Positions 24,811 through 38,994 are shown, counted from the whole stretch's first letter. The stretch is 63,582 nt of DNA, filler included, from Bigelowiella natans CCMP2755 (GCA_000320545.1; 8 parts of 8 records of this genome joined end to end with filler, not necessarily neighbours in it), one strand, 5' to 3'. Notes: generated from the sequence alone by a model not told the origin. Program-made: numbers and translations.

Positions 24811-25300
24811 CTGTGTATGTCTGTGTATGTGTGCCTACATCATCCTTTGACATAAGTGGGAAATGGAATTGATGATATTGAGCGGTGACAGTTATATCTA
24901 CTTAGGCCTACGGCAGCACAGATTCTCTCTCACAGCACTCTAACACTCAACGAGGGTCACAAGAATAATCGTTGGAACATACCCAGAAAATGGCACCTCG
25001 CACATCCATGTGCATTAGCATGTGTGCTTGTTCGCTACAGCCTGAAATGAACCACATTCTAGTATCACATACAAGCACACACACGCTCTCTCATTCACTC
25101 ACTCACACATGTATTATTTATTATTTATACAATGACTTATGCTCGATGTCTTCTAGAATTATAAAGATCAACTTTGGAACTGGTGAGAAGTTGAGTAGGA
25201 GGATGATATGATAATGTCAATGATTATTGTGGAGAGGGAGGGTGGTGAAGTCAGTGAGGATCACCTCCACGAAGATTAACAGTGCTAGGTGTGCTGGGTA

Positions 25301-25344
<44 letters not shown>

Positions 25345-25773
25345 GTTTTTGAGTGTATACCATTGTTACTGGTGTCTATCCAGGAACGGGATCCACGGTG
25401 GATGAAGTTGACTACATTCTCGCGCATAGCATTTGCATGTGGCTCGGCATGTGTTTCTTCTTCGTGATCGGTAGTAGCAGTAGTAGCAGCTGTTATGGTA
25501 CTAAAGGAGTTATATGGAAAAACAAAAATGAATATGAAAGTACAGAAGTAATGAGCTTTGATCGTGAGAATGAAAAGGAATAGAAATTTGAAGGACGCTA
25601 CATATATTGCTGATGAAATAGTAACAGTGTGTGCATGTCGTCGATTCCTAGGAATATCGTCGGTGCGGTATCTGAAGGCAGATGAAACCCAAGTGAGTAG
25701 ACATAATATAGGTAGGAGGGGGAGAGAGTGAAATGCAGGCCAGCGGAAAAAAGGAGAAAATAGAAAAGAAACT

Positions 25774-25853
<80 letters not shown>

Positions 25854-26091
25854 TTGGGTTTAGTGCCACACTACCTGCGCAAATAGAAAGCATGCTTGGA
25901 GTTAGGAAGGGGGGATCGTATCATCTTCTAAAATATCATAATACCAACCAGATTATGGAAAAACCGAAATGGTTGCTGCTACACATTGGGGCTCAGTGTT
26001 TCGGCGTCTTTTTCATGGTTCTCCCTATCTCTTTCTCTCTCTCTCTTTGTCCCTCCCTCCCTCCCTTTTTTTTTCCCTCTCTATATCTATG

Positions 26092-26135
<44 letters not shown>

Positions 26136-26238
26136 GGATGTTATGAAGTGATTAAATCTTTTCAATAGTCATCCTAATGTAGCTATGCAAATCAGCGGCT
26201 ACAACGCTTATGTTATATCTATTTGTCTCTTCTACTAC

Positions 26239-26310
<72 letters not shown>

Positions 26311-27213
26311 ATATCTGAGCATAAATAAATACCCGCACACGTCGGGATCAATGTATAAATGTCACTCGCTCACGCATCATCATCATCATCATTATCATCA
26401 ATAAAACTATGCGACGTTCAGATCTTAGGGTTCGGCCTTGGATACGCCAGCGTGGCGGGTCCGATCGATAAGCATTTCAGCGACGACACCTCACAGTAAG
26501 AGCCAAAAAAAAATTACTTACCCTTTCCTTTCCCTCATTGACGTTCAAATCTCACACGTAGGAGCCACGGGAAGATAGGCCTCGTGCTCTGTAGTGCAAG
26601 CCTCATCCAGATAGTAGGAGGGCTTCTTAGGCCGCAAAAGGAACCGGTGGGAGCAATGATAGCGTAGAAACAGATGAGGGGCGGAGGGTTCGGGCAGAGA
26701 ATTGTAATTTCAGTTCGTGTGTTGTGTACGCGCATTGTGAAAGCGTGTTGAGAAGTCTTTTGTATGTATTCTGGCACAGGAGCATAAGACTACCATGCGA
26801 AAGATTTGGGAGTTTGGACACAAGGTACGATTTGTGACAATTGCCGCTTGACAACGCCACACGCAACAAAACATCTTGTTGACGTCTTCTTCTCGATAAT
26901 AGCTTGTATGAGATGGTGAAAATGGTTTGGGAAAATTGTCAATTACCAAGAGCCCCCTCCTCTTCTTCCTCCCCTCCCTATCCCTTGTTCTTACTGGGTT
27001 TGGACTCAGTTTACCGGCGTTACCATAGTCTTGCTTGCTCATATCAACGTACTTACCACATCCACACGAGCGGCTTATCATGTGCACATACATATGAATT
27101 TATGCGTGTTTTCTTTTATGTATGTCATACGCTGGTACTATAGTAAACACTTTCTTATACCCTGTTATTCCACGCAATGCCTTTACACTAGGTCTTACTG
27201 GGTTAGAGCACGC
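19786..27213 (+). CDS. Reeler-DOMON-cytochrome b561 ferric-chelate reductase-like protein (FRRS1/SDR2 architecture), many exons, 3' truncated at contig end
   Basis: Signal peptide MLSALALLLASGAEA; Reeler-like YRSGRSYTVTV and GTVTFYAMCG; PT-rich linker; DOMON (IKLRLQADTDG/WVGLGYGTSQMTPSYADIGW..TTVEFVR..CIW/AYGSTDSLSQH); b561 His motifs LAHSICMW, LLLHIGAQCFG, HGKIGL..QIVGGLLRP, RKIWEFGHK. Reeler call and single-gene continuity are less certain than DOMON-b561. Confidence 0.75.
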
Positions 27214-27313
27214 NNNNNNNNNNNNNNNNNNNNNNNNNNNNNNNNNNNNNNNNNNNNTTAATTAATTAANNNNNNNNNNNNNNNNNNNNNNNNNNNNNNN
27301 NNNNNNNNNNNNN
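27214..27313. other. Artificial contig-joining spacer
   Basis: N44-TTAATTAATTAA-N44. Confidence 0.97.
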
Positions 27314-27347
27314 TAGTGTCAATAGTTGTGGTTAGGTTGTTAAATGT

Positions 27348-27387
<40 letters not shown>

Positions 27388-27391
<4 letters not shown>

Positions 27392-29836
27392 GCATATATA
27401 TGAGGCCAATAGAATGACATGAGGACCTCGAAGCACCACCTACTCTCTCTCTCCCTCTCTCTCTTCCCCCCCCCCCCTTCTCCCTCTCTCTGAGCCAAAA
27501 CTACCGTTCTCGTGCAGTCCAGCAGCTCCACGGTCTCCAGCGCCGGCATATTGATCAACAGGGGCACGCACGCCGGCGTCAGCTTCTCGCAATACGTCAC
27601 CCCCAGCGAGCGCAGCTTCGGCAGCGACGAGAGCGTCCGCATCGTCGTGTCGGTGATCTTGGTGTTCTGGAGGGAGAGCCACTCGAGGTTCTTCGCGTAC
27701 TTGGCGATGGCGGCGGTGGTCTCGTCGTTGACGTTGGTCCCGTCGAGGTTCAAGTAGCGCAGCCTCGGCAGCCCGGCCAGCGCCGTGAGCAGCCCCTTCG
27801 TCGTGATGCGGGCCTGGTGCGCGAGGTCCAGCGCCTCGAGCGTGTGCATGTGGCCGATCCACTTCATCCCCTCGTCGGTGATGGAGGCGATGTTGGTCGG
27901 CTCGTGCGACCCCACCAGCAGGTACCGCATCTGCCTGCGGATCTGCGAGCAGGACAGCGCGAGCAGCCGCACCCCCTCGTCCGTGATGCCGGTGCTATCG
28001 AGCTCGAGGTTCTCCAGGTTGGGGATGCCCGAGAACAGCATCTGCAGGTAGTAGGTGGAGCTCAGGTCCACGCGGGTGAGGATGAGCGTGCGGAGGGAGG
28101 GCAGCTTCGAGACGACCTCCAGCGCGCAGCCCTTGGACTTCTCGTCTAGCCGCACGAACCCCCGCGAATGGCGGAGGAGCTGACCGCGGAGGCGGTGTCG
28201 GATTGCGAGTGGCCGTTCCGGCCGTTCCTCGAGCCCCCCCCCCCCCCCCCATTGCTCTCGCTGCTACTGCCGTTGCCGTTGTGCCCGCTCGCGGTGTTCC
28301 CGGGATCCCCCCTGCCGCCACGCCCGCTACACGCTGCCGCTGCTGCTGCCGACGAGGAGTGTGCGTGAATAGGAGGGGGGGGACGGCCGCTGCTGCTATT
28401 ATTACTACTACCACTGCTACCGGCAGCCGGGACGGTGGCGCTGGGGTCCCTTGGGGGGGAGAGGCCCGTGCTCCCGCTTGACCCCCTTTCCGAGGAGTTG
28501 GGGGAGTTATCATTGGTTTCATTGGGGGGGGGGGGTGAGTCATTCGAGGGCGTGCCGTACGACGTCACGCCGCCCCTGCTCGACGAGAGAGTATCGCCGC
28601 TCCTGTTGCTGGGGAAGGTCTCCCCGAACACGCGCAGGTGCTTCAAGAACTTGAACGGCACGGTGTGGTTGGAGGTGTGCTGCTGCTGCTGTCGGAAGTG
28701 CATCGCTCGGCGCTCCCTCCTCTCCTCCAGCCTGAACTGCCTCTGCCGCAGCCGCGCCCTGCTCCTCGAATTCAGGGGGGGGGCGGCGTTTCTATCCGAC
28801 GGGTGGGTCTCTCCCCCCCGGCCCTGCCTCCCGGCATCTGCCCGATTTTCCGGCGGCGGCGGCGGCGGCGCCGATTCCTTCCCACCCCCCCCCTCCTCCC
28901 TGCTCACGGGGGTAGATTTCTCCGAAGAGACAGCTGGCGACGACCTCCGGCTGCTGTTGTTGCTGCTGCTACTTGCCTCTCCCCCCCCACTCGCGCTGTG
29001 GTTGAACTGAGTGTCGTGTCTCTCACTGCTGCCGACGTTGTGGTTATTGTTGTTGCTACTGCTGCTACTGCTGCTACTGCTCCTCCCCCCCCCTCCTCCT
29101 CGTCGTCCTCCTTGCCCGTTCCTCCTCCCAACAGCGCAACCAAGGCTGTTGTTGTTGTTGTTGTTGTGGTTGCTGCTGCTGCTGCTGCCGGAACGAATCG
29201 CCTTGGTTGCCGGGTCCTCGGCCATCATGGGATTGCTCTCGTCGCAAAGAATGCTGGCGGAGTGGGGGAGAGAAGAAGAAGGAGGCGGCGGCGGCGGCGG
29301 CGGCGGCTGCTGCTGCTGCTGCTGTTCCCGGTTTTGATAGCCGTAAGGAAGCTCCGTGGATGAACTAGCGAACAAGCCCGTTGGGAGACGTCTCTCCCCG
29401 CTGCTACTGGTGCTGCCTCCGCCGATGGTACGCTGCAAGCGCCTCTTCAAGCCTGCTGCCGCCCTCTCGCTCCGCTTCTTGGTCTCGATGGAGGGTCGCG
29501 AAGAGGAGGGGGGGGGCGTGGAGTGGCTGCTATTTCCGTTGTACTTCATCGAGTCGTCGGAGTATCCTCGGGCGAACTTCCTCGACTCTTCAGAGTACCC
29601 GCGGGGAGAGCGGCTGCGGCTGCCCCCCTCCTCTCCGAAGTCATAAGACCTGTGACAGGAGGAGTGGGAGGAGAGCGTGATGAGGGAGGGAGATGGAGAT
29701 ACCCATATAGCAGGGTGGGGCAGTCATGAAAACGGCAGCGAATCAAGCTTTCATTAGTATCAGTAGGAGAACTGTCGGTGAAGATAAGGAATTATATAGG
29801 CACATGCATATAGATGCATTATTTGCTGTGCCCATA

Positions 29837-29905
<69 letters not shown>

Positions 29906-30219
29906 ATCATCGATGAAAAGGCAGAAGGCGCTATCACCTTCTCGTTGGTGAATCCTCCGACGATGTGGAGCTGCTAAAATTCGACCGACGATAGAATCGA
30001 GAGTGCATGTTCCTTATAAACCTTCAAGCATTATGGTACACCATTATAACTAATAGCAGATGTAGTACAGCAATGACGACAGCAGCGTCTCTCTAACCAG
30101 ACGTGCGAGCGGCTGTGCATCGTCATTTCGGCTCAGTCGTGAGGAAAAAACGCGCACGAGCTTTGCACTTTGTGTTGCATTTGTGTTTCAAACAATATAC
30201 GGATGTGTGGGCGTTGGTT

Positions 30220-30256
<37 letters not shown>

Positions 30257-30689
30257 CAACAACAAGTGTCGGTGTCGGAAGGCATACGCAATCGGGCAGG
30301 AGAGGATCTCCAGATTCTCGAAATTGAGCTCCATGTTCTCCGACGACAGCGGCAACGGTTGGAACGGTTCCTGGTGGAGGGGGGGGGAGGGGAGAGACGA
30401 CGCAGAAATAGAGACAAGATGTGAGTGTTGTAGGTGAGGATATGCAGTATGTGCCTATCGTGTATATGCATATGTGTGTGTGTGTGTGTGTTGGGTGCTG
30501 TGGATTTTCCCCACTACCGTATTTATAACTAGCTCCCTCAAGTCTCTTGAGTATTTATGCAGCGACCGAATCAGTCCCTACAACAAAGGAGGAGGAGGAG
30601 GAAGAGGAGGAGAATGAGAGTGGTCAGCGCAGACAAATATGTGTAATGTTTCTTATCAGTCAGTGCATGAACATGTGCATATGTGTGTG

Positions 30690-30733
<44 letters not shown>

Positions 30734-31239
30734 TGGTTCCGGCAATTTTACACGGGAAAGGCGTATTACGTTGGGGCTCGGATTGGCGGTGGAGGCGATG
30801 ACAAGCTTGCGCACACAAAACGCAAACCCACGGTAAAGCTGCTCCTATTGATGGCCGGTGCGACAAGAGTTAAGAGATGGTGACGACGATCACGACGGTG
30901 ATGGGCGACAAATGATGATGATAATGACGGCGAGAATGCGAACGGGGAAATGCGCTCAATATCGATGGCAATATAAATCGCGTTGAAATGCCCGGGAAAC
31001 ATCGAAAGGTTTTGGCCCTACAAAAACTAAATCGGCCATGCGGCGAGGGGAGGCGGAGAACTCCACTTCCACCGCACCCCGCTCCCCCCTCCCCTTCCTT
31101 TCTCTTCTCGGCGATGATTCAAAGTCACTACCATTTCATGCATAAAAAACCATCGACGCTTGACTACAACTACTACTACTACAACTACCATCACGACTAG
31201 TACCCCCACCATCACTAGTTCTACTGCCACTGCTCCTAT

Positions 31240-31272
<33 letters not shown>

Positions 31273-31400
31273 CATATGTGCATTGCTAGTGATTTCGAGT
31301 ATATCGACGCTGAGAAGGTTCTTTACCACCCAAGCCCAGAGCTTGTTTACATGCGAGCACCTCGCTTGCTCCTTCAGCGTCAAATACCTACGAACACCGA
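27388..31400 (-). CDS. F-box/LRR (AMN1/RNI-like) protein with long low-complexity insert; ends uncertain
   Basis: F-box-like RYLTLKEQARCSHVNKLWAWV (about 31310-31395); repeated LxxLxL..T.ITD.G LRRs at 27510-28155; frame change likely in the C-run at about 28234-28250. Confidence 0.8.
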
Positions 31401-31778
31401 CGTTGAGGAGAGGGAGAGGCGGAGGGGGGAGAGAGGAGGGAGGAAGGAAAATGAAGACAAACGGCAAAAACGTGTTTTGTTGATCGAAGAAATAGGAGCG
31501 GAGGGGGGGGGGGGGGGGGGGGAATCAACCTTTCACCTCCCAACTCCCTCATCGCTATTATGTAACAGTAAACCGCCGGCGTAGCATTTTCAAAGGGTGG
31601 AACGATTGTAACTTGGAAATTGGTCGTTTAACAATGATCTAATCTTTCCTCATGGATAAGAAAAAGGGGAGCCGCATGTCAAGACCTGCACGTATTGCAA
31701 GGACCCTTCCCAGGGGTACCTGGTGGACGCACTTCCCAGGTAGCACGGGAAACTCCCCCCATAATATCCGCAACCACA

Positions 31779-31878
31779 NNNNNNNNNNNNNNNNNNNNNN
31801 NNNNNNNNNNNNNNNNNNNNNNTTAATTAATTAANNNNNNNNNNNNNNNNNNNNNNNNNNNNNNNNNNNNNNNNNNNN
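31779..31878. other. Artificial contig-joining spacer
   Basis: N44-TTAATTAATTAA-N44. Confidence 0.97.
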
Positions 31879-31953
<75 letters not shown>

Positions 31954-32582
31954 CTAAGTCGTGCTCATCTACACACCGCAGCATGCACATGCAATTGCTC
32001 ATGCATGCCATGGTAAGTAGCTAAATTCGCGATTTCTTCTAACTTTTTCTTTTGATATATATTGATCAAGAAATTGTGTAGCTACGACACGATGGTGTAG
32101 CTTTATTAGCTAGTCTGCGGCTGCTGATCGACACGCACGCAGCTAGACTATACGTATAGGCTCGGATGCATGATTGTCATGCGCACGCGCAACATGCACA
32201 CCACGCGCTAGCAATGCACATACAAGGCTAACAAACTGCTAGACTGCCCATGCCGCCCCGTTATTGCTGTACTTGTCCAGCTCGCACTACTACACATCAC
32301 TTGATCAAGTATAAGCGTGCGGAGAAGTCTATGTGACAACTTGCATTTGTGCGGCACCCGCTGCACTGGCTTTGCAATGCATCTACGATTCAATGATGCA
32401 TGCCTGGCACAGTCCCCATAATGATGCAACACGCAGTGGCATGTACAACCTTGTGGGACAGTGTGAAGTCCGATGTGCGTTCAGTAAGTGACGCGATGAA
32501 TTGTTATATCATAAATTTTGGTTACACAATGGACACAGTGTGTGTGAACATGTAGTATTTCCGTCAATGGTGTCTATAATGT

Positions 32583-32634
<52 letters not shown>

Positions 32635-32902
32635 CATTTTGAACATGTCGAAGTTGTGCTGTTCAAAATTGAAATCAATATTTACACGTTTAGTAGTCAT
32701 TACTTCAAAAGACTGGCGATGCATTCTTTTATTCTTTAATATATTATTGGAGCTAGGTGCTCGAATGTATCATTTGAGTATGATGCAAGGCTTGGTTGGG
32801 TATCATCTATTAACAATGTGATCAGATGGACGCACGCGTAGCGTCAAATCGATCTTGAGAGGGATTCCGTCGCTTGAAATACTTGGTTTTTCCTACTTTT
32901 TT

Positions 32903-34450
32903 TCATTTGTCAAACGTGAATTTTTGGATGCGACGTCCCGATATGTCATCTTCGTCAATTTCGAATTCTTTTAAATAGTCCCGCAGCATCTTCTGAATAG
33001 GAGAGATAGAATTCGGACGCCCCTGCTGTTGCTGTCTTTCCTCTCCAACCTTCATTCGTCGCTGTCGCTCCCTGGTCAACGGCCCATGCTCGAATTTGAA
33101 TATTTCATCCGCATAGTTGTTTCTTTCATATGCACGCCACTCCTGAACAAAAATGTGTGAATCATCGCTGAATTTGTATTTTCTTGGAAATGTAACAGAC
33201 GGAGAGAAAGAGTCAATGCAGCTTGCTGTTGTAGCAAACAAACGAGCAATTGTGGTGCCAGGTTGCTTAAGTGTCAGATGTTTTCATCAAAGCTTGAACA
33301 TACTTCCCTTCCACACGTGGTGTTTCACGATATAGGCAGATTAAAATAAAACATATAACGATGTAAGTGTGACGCCATTGCATCGAGTTTTTGAAAACCT
33401 TTCTTCGGAGACGAGAAGTCAAGAGATCCTGCGCAGGCTCCACATTCCTCCCTATGAGACACACGAGCTCGATAATATATTCACGAATGTTTTAGGAATG
33501 AATGACGTACCCTTGGTCAATCTTTTTGCTCTGATCCTTTCTTGTTCCTTTTTTTTCATTTCAGATGTGCGCTTAACCAGCGAGGAGATGGAGCAGTGTT
33601 CTCGACCACTCTTTCTCCTCAGAACTGCATTTTCCCAAGATTCGTTAAGCACTGTCTGAAGTCGATTTGGTGATGTCCTTCTTCGGAGGAGCGCGAGATT
33701 GCCAAATGAAACGCTTGAAGGAAGATTGGAGTTTGCTGGAGCAAAACTAGCCCTCTTATTGCTGAAGCCATTTCTTTCATGCCTTTGAAACGAAAGCCTT
33801 CCTTGCCACCTGCTCCCCTGAGGCTCATCCTGGTAATCCTTCTCCATTTCGATTCTAGTCAGAGCTCCTTTGCTGGTCGGGAACCGTGGATGAATCGGCA
33901 GCATCGGCATTGAATTAGCCCTATTCACCAGCGACACCCTACTACTCGGTGACCGTTTCCACGGTGTTTTCTCATCGTTGGGGCCTCTTACGAGGGTTTG
34001 GGGGGAATCGTGGGCTCTACTGCCCAATCTCCTCCTCCCACAGGGCGGAAAGATGCTGCCATTGCGCTTCGCATCCCTCGCCCGCACTTCCATTTTACTG
34101 TTGGAGAAGAGCTTGTAGTGAAGAACAGCCTCTCGTATCTAAACCTACGGAGTAGATACGAGGTACGGTACTAAAAAAGGGGGGTCCTATTTTGTACTTG
34201 CGACAAAGGAATATCCTTAGGAAATCTCAGGGAATCCCCCCATTTTCGAATCTGAATTGGCTTCCATTTGTGTTCCGGGGGGGTTCACATGCGACATACG
34301 CCCAACAACGAAGATCCGACAAGCACGAAAATCATTGACCGCGACAACCATCGCTAGCATCAACATGATTTGCTTTCGCATGTTTCTACGGGAGGATTTC
34401 CTTGTCGCAGCTGTAAAACAGTCTGTGCTTTTTGCATCGTCTGCGGCCAC
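32903..34450 (-). CDS. Hypothetical protein (Ser/Arg-rich, multi-exon)
   Basis: Successive same-strand ORFs (34217-34450, 33452-34093, 32903-33241) with protein-like composition; no motif recognised. Confidence 0.45.
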
Positions 34451-34492
34451 CTCCCCCGAGTCGGATCGGATGTTGTTTGTTAAGTTCGCCGA

Positions 34493-36770
34493 ATGATGCG
34501 CCTCCTCCCCGCCGCCTTGCTGTTAGCCTCCTTCTCTCGGGCTGAGTTCATCGAAACCAGGGTTCGTAGAGCGGATGCGGTTGATGGAATTTCCGGTGTG
34601 CTTAGGGAACTGGCGCGTCGTCGTCGTCATCGTGTGCAACCCTGTGAGGAAGCTGATGTTCCGAGGAAGCCGAATCTCCCAGGTATTTCCTTCCCTTTCT
34701 GTGCTCAAGCTTACGGTTCGAAAACGCTCCCCATCACATCAACGTCCAGATCAGTTCAGTGCTTTCGTGTGGACCGTGAACGACTTTGGTCCAACAAAGG
34801 GCTTGAAGAGCAACGCGACTTTATACTACGACAAGGACAAGAGAATGGAGAGGTTGTGAAGCCAGTAGTCTCCCCAAACCAAAAAAGGGAGAGCGATTCT
34901 TCACGATCATGAGTGCTATTTGATGACGAAGTGTGTATCTCTTCCGTTTGTGTGTGTGTGTGTGGGGGTGGGTGGGTGTGCGTGTGTGCGTGCGCGCGTG
35001 TGTTTGTGTTTGTGTTAGAAGGGGGGGCTGTAGTTGTTAACGTTTTCTTTTCTAACATATTTCATCATGATGAACACCACCTGAAATCTTCTAGTATCAT
35101 TGGAGAACGAGTGAGTCTGCTTCCAATTGGTATTCCAGCTACCATTTCGCAGAGGTGCCTCAAATTTGTGATCTGAAACACGATATGTTAAATGTGTAAT
35201 TTTCTACTTCCTTACACACATATATGTATATGCATTGATGTGTGTGTGTGTGTGTGTGTGTGTGTGCTATGGTGGTTGTAGTGAAATAATGCGTTCGGTC
35301 TCAAAAGGAGCCTTTTGCAGAAAACAACACACATAGGATACTTGCTGAACTCTTACGTTTGAACCCCCCCCCCCCTTCCAGCACCTACGCTGACGCAACT
35401 GGAACGTACTTCTCACTCAATGACGTAATGGAACCGAAGAGATCTAGACAAGGAGAGCACAACCCCCCCCTTAAAATGAAAAACGAGGAACATCACCACC
35501 GACGAACACCCTTGATACACACTGTAGCTACGTGTGTATACCTATTACCGGCATCATCACTTAAAACACGCCTATCATCTCATCCTCATCGCCCACCACC
35601 ATCGTTATTACTGCTGTCACTTCTTAGGTATGCCGACGTGGGAACGGCAAGTTCTCCGACAAGTGGGGATGGCTCGCAGTTGCGAAATACGGCGGCAACG
35701 ATAGCTTCAAAGGGGAAATCGTCGAGACATGGCACTTCACCTCGCAGAAGGCCAATCTCACGCTCTTTTCCGTAGGAGATGAGCCCAGACTGGTCAGCCT
35801 GCAGTGTCTATGTAGTAGCAGTGGTAGCGGCGGCAGTGGTAGTAGTAGTATTAGTCGTCGTAGTAGGAGTAGTAGTTTTGTGGTCAATAGAACCGTTGTC
35901 GTTTGTGTCTTGTTGCTTGGGATCATCGTCCCACTAGAGTTTTTTTTCCCTTTTGGAGATGATGATTAGCAACCGGCATGCATGCTTGCGCTCATATTTA
36001 AACAACCCCGTTACGCTTCTCAGTACTCTTATTCCGTGGCCATCGAATTGATCCCCGGAAAGCCTGCGGAAGTGGTGAATTCTACGGAGGTCTACATCAA
36101 CATCACAGCAGGCCCCCCTCCGGCAGACAAACTTGCAAAGCCAAAAGACTGCACCGGAGCCACGCCGGTTTGCAATTCGACGTCGCGAGGCAAGGTGGTA
36201 TCGCATGAACATCACATCGGGTGTGTTGTGCGCAAGTGCATTGAGAATGAGGAAAAGGAGGGGGGGGGGGGGGGAGGGGCCGGCACGGAATGATACCTCT
36301 CTGGCGAAAGCCTTTATGGCACTCTCTTCTCTCTCTTTCTCTTTCTCCGATCTTCGTCATCGCCACCATCATCATACCTGATCATCGCCGCAAGAACGCT
36401 AAGACAATACTAAAATCTTGCGCAGAGCATCGCTCGCCAAGAGCACTACCTCGCGCACCCCCCTGGGCTATACAACATCTCCAATCAGAACACCGCCGAT
36501 GTGCTCGGAGACACGGTGTTCACGTGCATGGACGTCTCCACGGGCGGCACAAAGGTGGGAGGAAGAAGCGGGGGGGGGGGGGAGAAGCAGTTGGCAGCTG
36601 CTGCAGTAGTATAGTAGTAAAGCACACACTGTAGCGACCATCTCCTCCTCCTCCTCCTCCTCCTCCTCCTCCTCCTCCTCTTATGTATTAGATGGATCAC
36701 TATGGCGTGATCTCTCACTACGTCATAGCCGTGGACACGCGGTACGGCGAATACTCGCTGTGCAACGGGT
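34493..36770 (+). CDS. Secreted Cys-containing protein of unknown function, 3' truncated
   Basis: Signal peptide MMRLLPAALLLASFSRA; exon-like segments KFSDKWGWL..ETWHFTS, NITAGPPPADKLAKPKDC, NISNQNTADVLGDTVFTC, HYVIAVDTRYGEYSLCNG. Confidence 0.55.
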
Positions 36771-36829
36771 AGGCAGCGTGATGATGATGAAATAAGGGAA
36801 GAGGAGACACCGACCCTTAACCACGTTTT

Positions 36830-36929
36830 NNNNNNNNNNNNNNNNNNNNNNNNNNNNNNNNNNNNNNNNNNNNTTAATTAATTAANNNNNNNNNNNNNNN
36901 NNNNNNNNNNNNNNNNNNNNNNNNNNNNN
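36830..36929. other. Artificial contig-joining spacer
   Basis: N44-TTAATTAATTAA-N44. Confidence 0.97.
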
Positions 36930-37097
36930 GTTGTAGGAGAATTGACCTTGCGACTTGGTTTGAAGAAATGATTAGTGTGTGTACGTGGGTGTGTGTGTGT
37001 GTGTGTTTGTGTTTGTTTGTCTGCATTGTGTGCCTCCTCCTCCTCCTCCTCCTCCTCCTCCTCCTCCTCGTCGTCGTCGTATCTTGCTGCTGCACAG

Positions 37098-37688
37098 GTT
37101 GCCAAGATCCGAGTGAAGTTCCCGTCCATCGGTATTCAGGTAACCATACCAGAAATCCCACCACCGCCTGAACAACAACAATATACACCAGCAATTACTA
37201 CTGCGGCTACTGCACACTTTATTCATGTTCTTGCATCTGAAATACATATATCTTACATATTATATATCTATGCGACGCCAAACCGTCTCTCCACAGCAGT
37301 TTGCGTGATGTTAGTGGTGACTCATGGTAGCGATGCAGTCGTAGTCGTAGCGAAGCCAACTGCGGCAATTCCAGGGTATCTAACTTCCCAACACATTACC
37401 TTGGCTGCTGCTGGCTGCTGCTGCTGTGGTGGTGGATGTTCAGGTCGACGGCGGCGTGAAGACTCACACCATCGATGCATGTGCAAAGGTATAGAAGGGC
37501 ACAATAAAGAGGAGGGGGGGGGGAGGAGGAGGAAGAAGAACAAAAAGAAGAGCAAGAGCCATGAATCATACTTACTCCAAAACCCGATTGCATGTCCACA
37601 TCACGCACGTGCGCGCGCGCGCATAACTAGCGCCATCGCCATCGCCAAAAAATGTAGATCGCGAGATCTACGGGACAAACACCGCACG

Positions 37689-37722
<34 letters not shown>

Positions 37723-37795
37723 GGCCGGAGCCAATCTAATAGTATCAGGGTCTGGTATCTTCAAAGCTGAGAAGCCTGGTAGTAGCAGTAGTAGC

Positions 37796-37829
<34 letters not shown>

Positions 37830-38065
37830 ATCATGCTGTCAAGCAGCAGTGAGCTGTTTTTAAGCTCCGAGTAGTAAACTTTGCTCAAGTGTAGCATGTC
37901 CATGCCGCCACTTCCCCCCCCCTCCCCTTTCTTATCTGACGTGCTGATGGTAAGCTGGTAGTTCATTCCTGAGTTCTGATTTCACTCTACCGCCTCCCCC
38001 CCTCCCACTTTTTTTTAGGAGATGTGATATCGATCATGAGGAAATCGGTTGATAGCGCGAATTGA
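37098..38065 (+). CDS. RPE: Ribulose-phosphate 3-epimerase, last four short exons (5' truncated)
   Basis: Spliced VAKIRVKFPSIGIQ/VDGGVKTHTIDACAK/AGANLIVSGSGIFKAEKP/GDVISIMRKSVDSAN*; VDGG and AGA..V.GS are RPE signatures. Confidence 0.9.
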
Positions 38066-38994
38066 GAACGTGCTCGGTTAGACAACGTCGCAGTTCATTG
38101 AGAGCGTCATTGCCTTTCCAACGATCCCTGCAAATTAGATTCCAGCAGGGGCAGATGTCACGTTTCAAAGGCTTCGAGAAGTGATACATAAGATTGGCAA
38201 AACGCACAAGTTCTATACAGATTATGCATCCCACACAATATAGAGATCAATCTGATTAACAATCCTCCTGTGTGTGCGCTCCGAATCGTAAGCCGTGCCT
38301 TCACTAATTCATATGTCGCGTGTGATATAACAGCGCATACTACGTTCACTAGCTCAGCATCTGCATGTACATGATAAGCTGGTGCAGTACCACATGAAGG
38401 CTAGATTATTTCTAGCAAGAATGTCATAAAATACTGTGGCTTTTTGGCTAGTGTCTGGGCGCATCGATGGTGACCATTCGAGCTTTGTCATGTACACACC
38501 AGCAAACTAGTAGCACACAGCCGATCTACTACATACGCGCGCTGCTACAGCAGACACCGATAGATTGTATTATTAATGATCGATCATTGAAAAGATTTAT
38601 TTTATTCATAACATCCGCCTCATACAAAGGTATACTAGTATAGATAGATTCTGTGTAGCTGCTACATCAAAACGATCTCTCGCACCACACAACATACACA
38701 TGTACCGAAATTGAAAACATCTGCTAGATATGCTCATAGACATGCTAGTATGCTCTACGACTTTGCACATCTTACACACACGTATTTATTAATTAGATCT
38801 AGAGATAGTTGTGTGTCGTGATAAAAAGCACCCTAGTATATATCACGCATAAACGATGTACATGCTGTAACAGTTTTCATGCGCGCTGTACGTCCTCAAT
38901 ATTTGGCTTAACAATGCGACATGTCTTGACGATGTACATGCTGTGTTAGCAGCGTTATCAACACTCACGCAGTTGCTGAGGGCAAACGTTACAA

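Noticed and set aside
21554-26404. Minus-strand GPCR-like membrane protein and YIYI/CVCV ORFs
   Set aside because: The plus strand gives coherent DOMON and b561 exons; the other ORFs are antisense or microsatellite translations.
27510-28150. Low-TpA LRR exon as another mutated island
   Set aside because: Explained by very high GC3; Tyr (TAC) codons are retained and the ORF is intact.
28146-28250. Programmed frameshift or pseudogenisation of the F-box/LRR gene
   Set aside because: The frame change coincides with a long C homopolymer; a length error or unrecognised intron is simpler.
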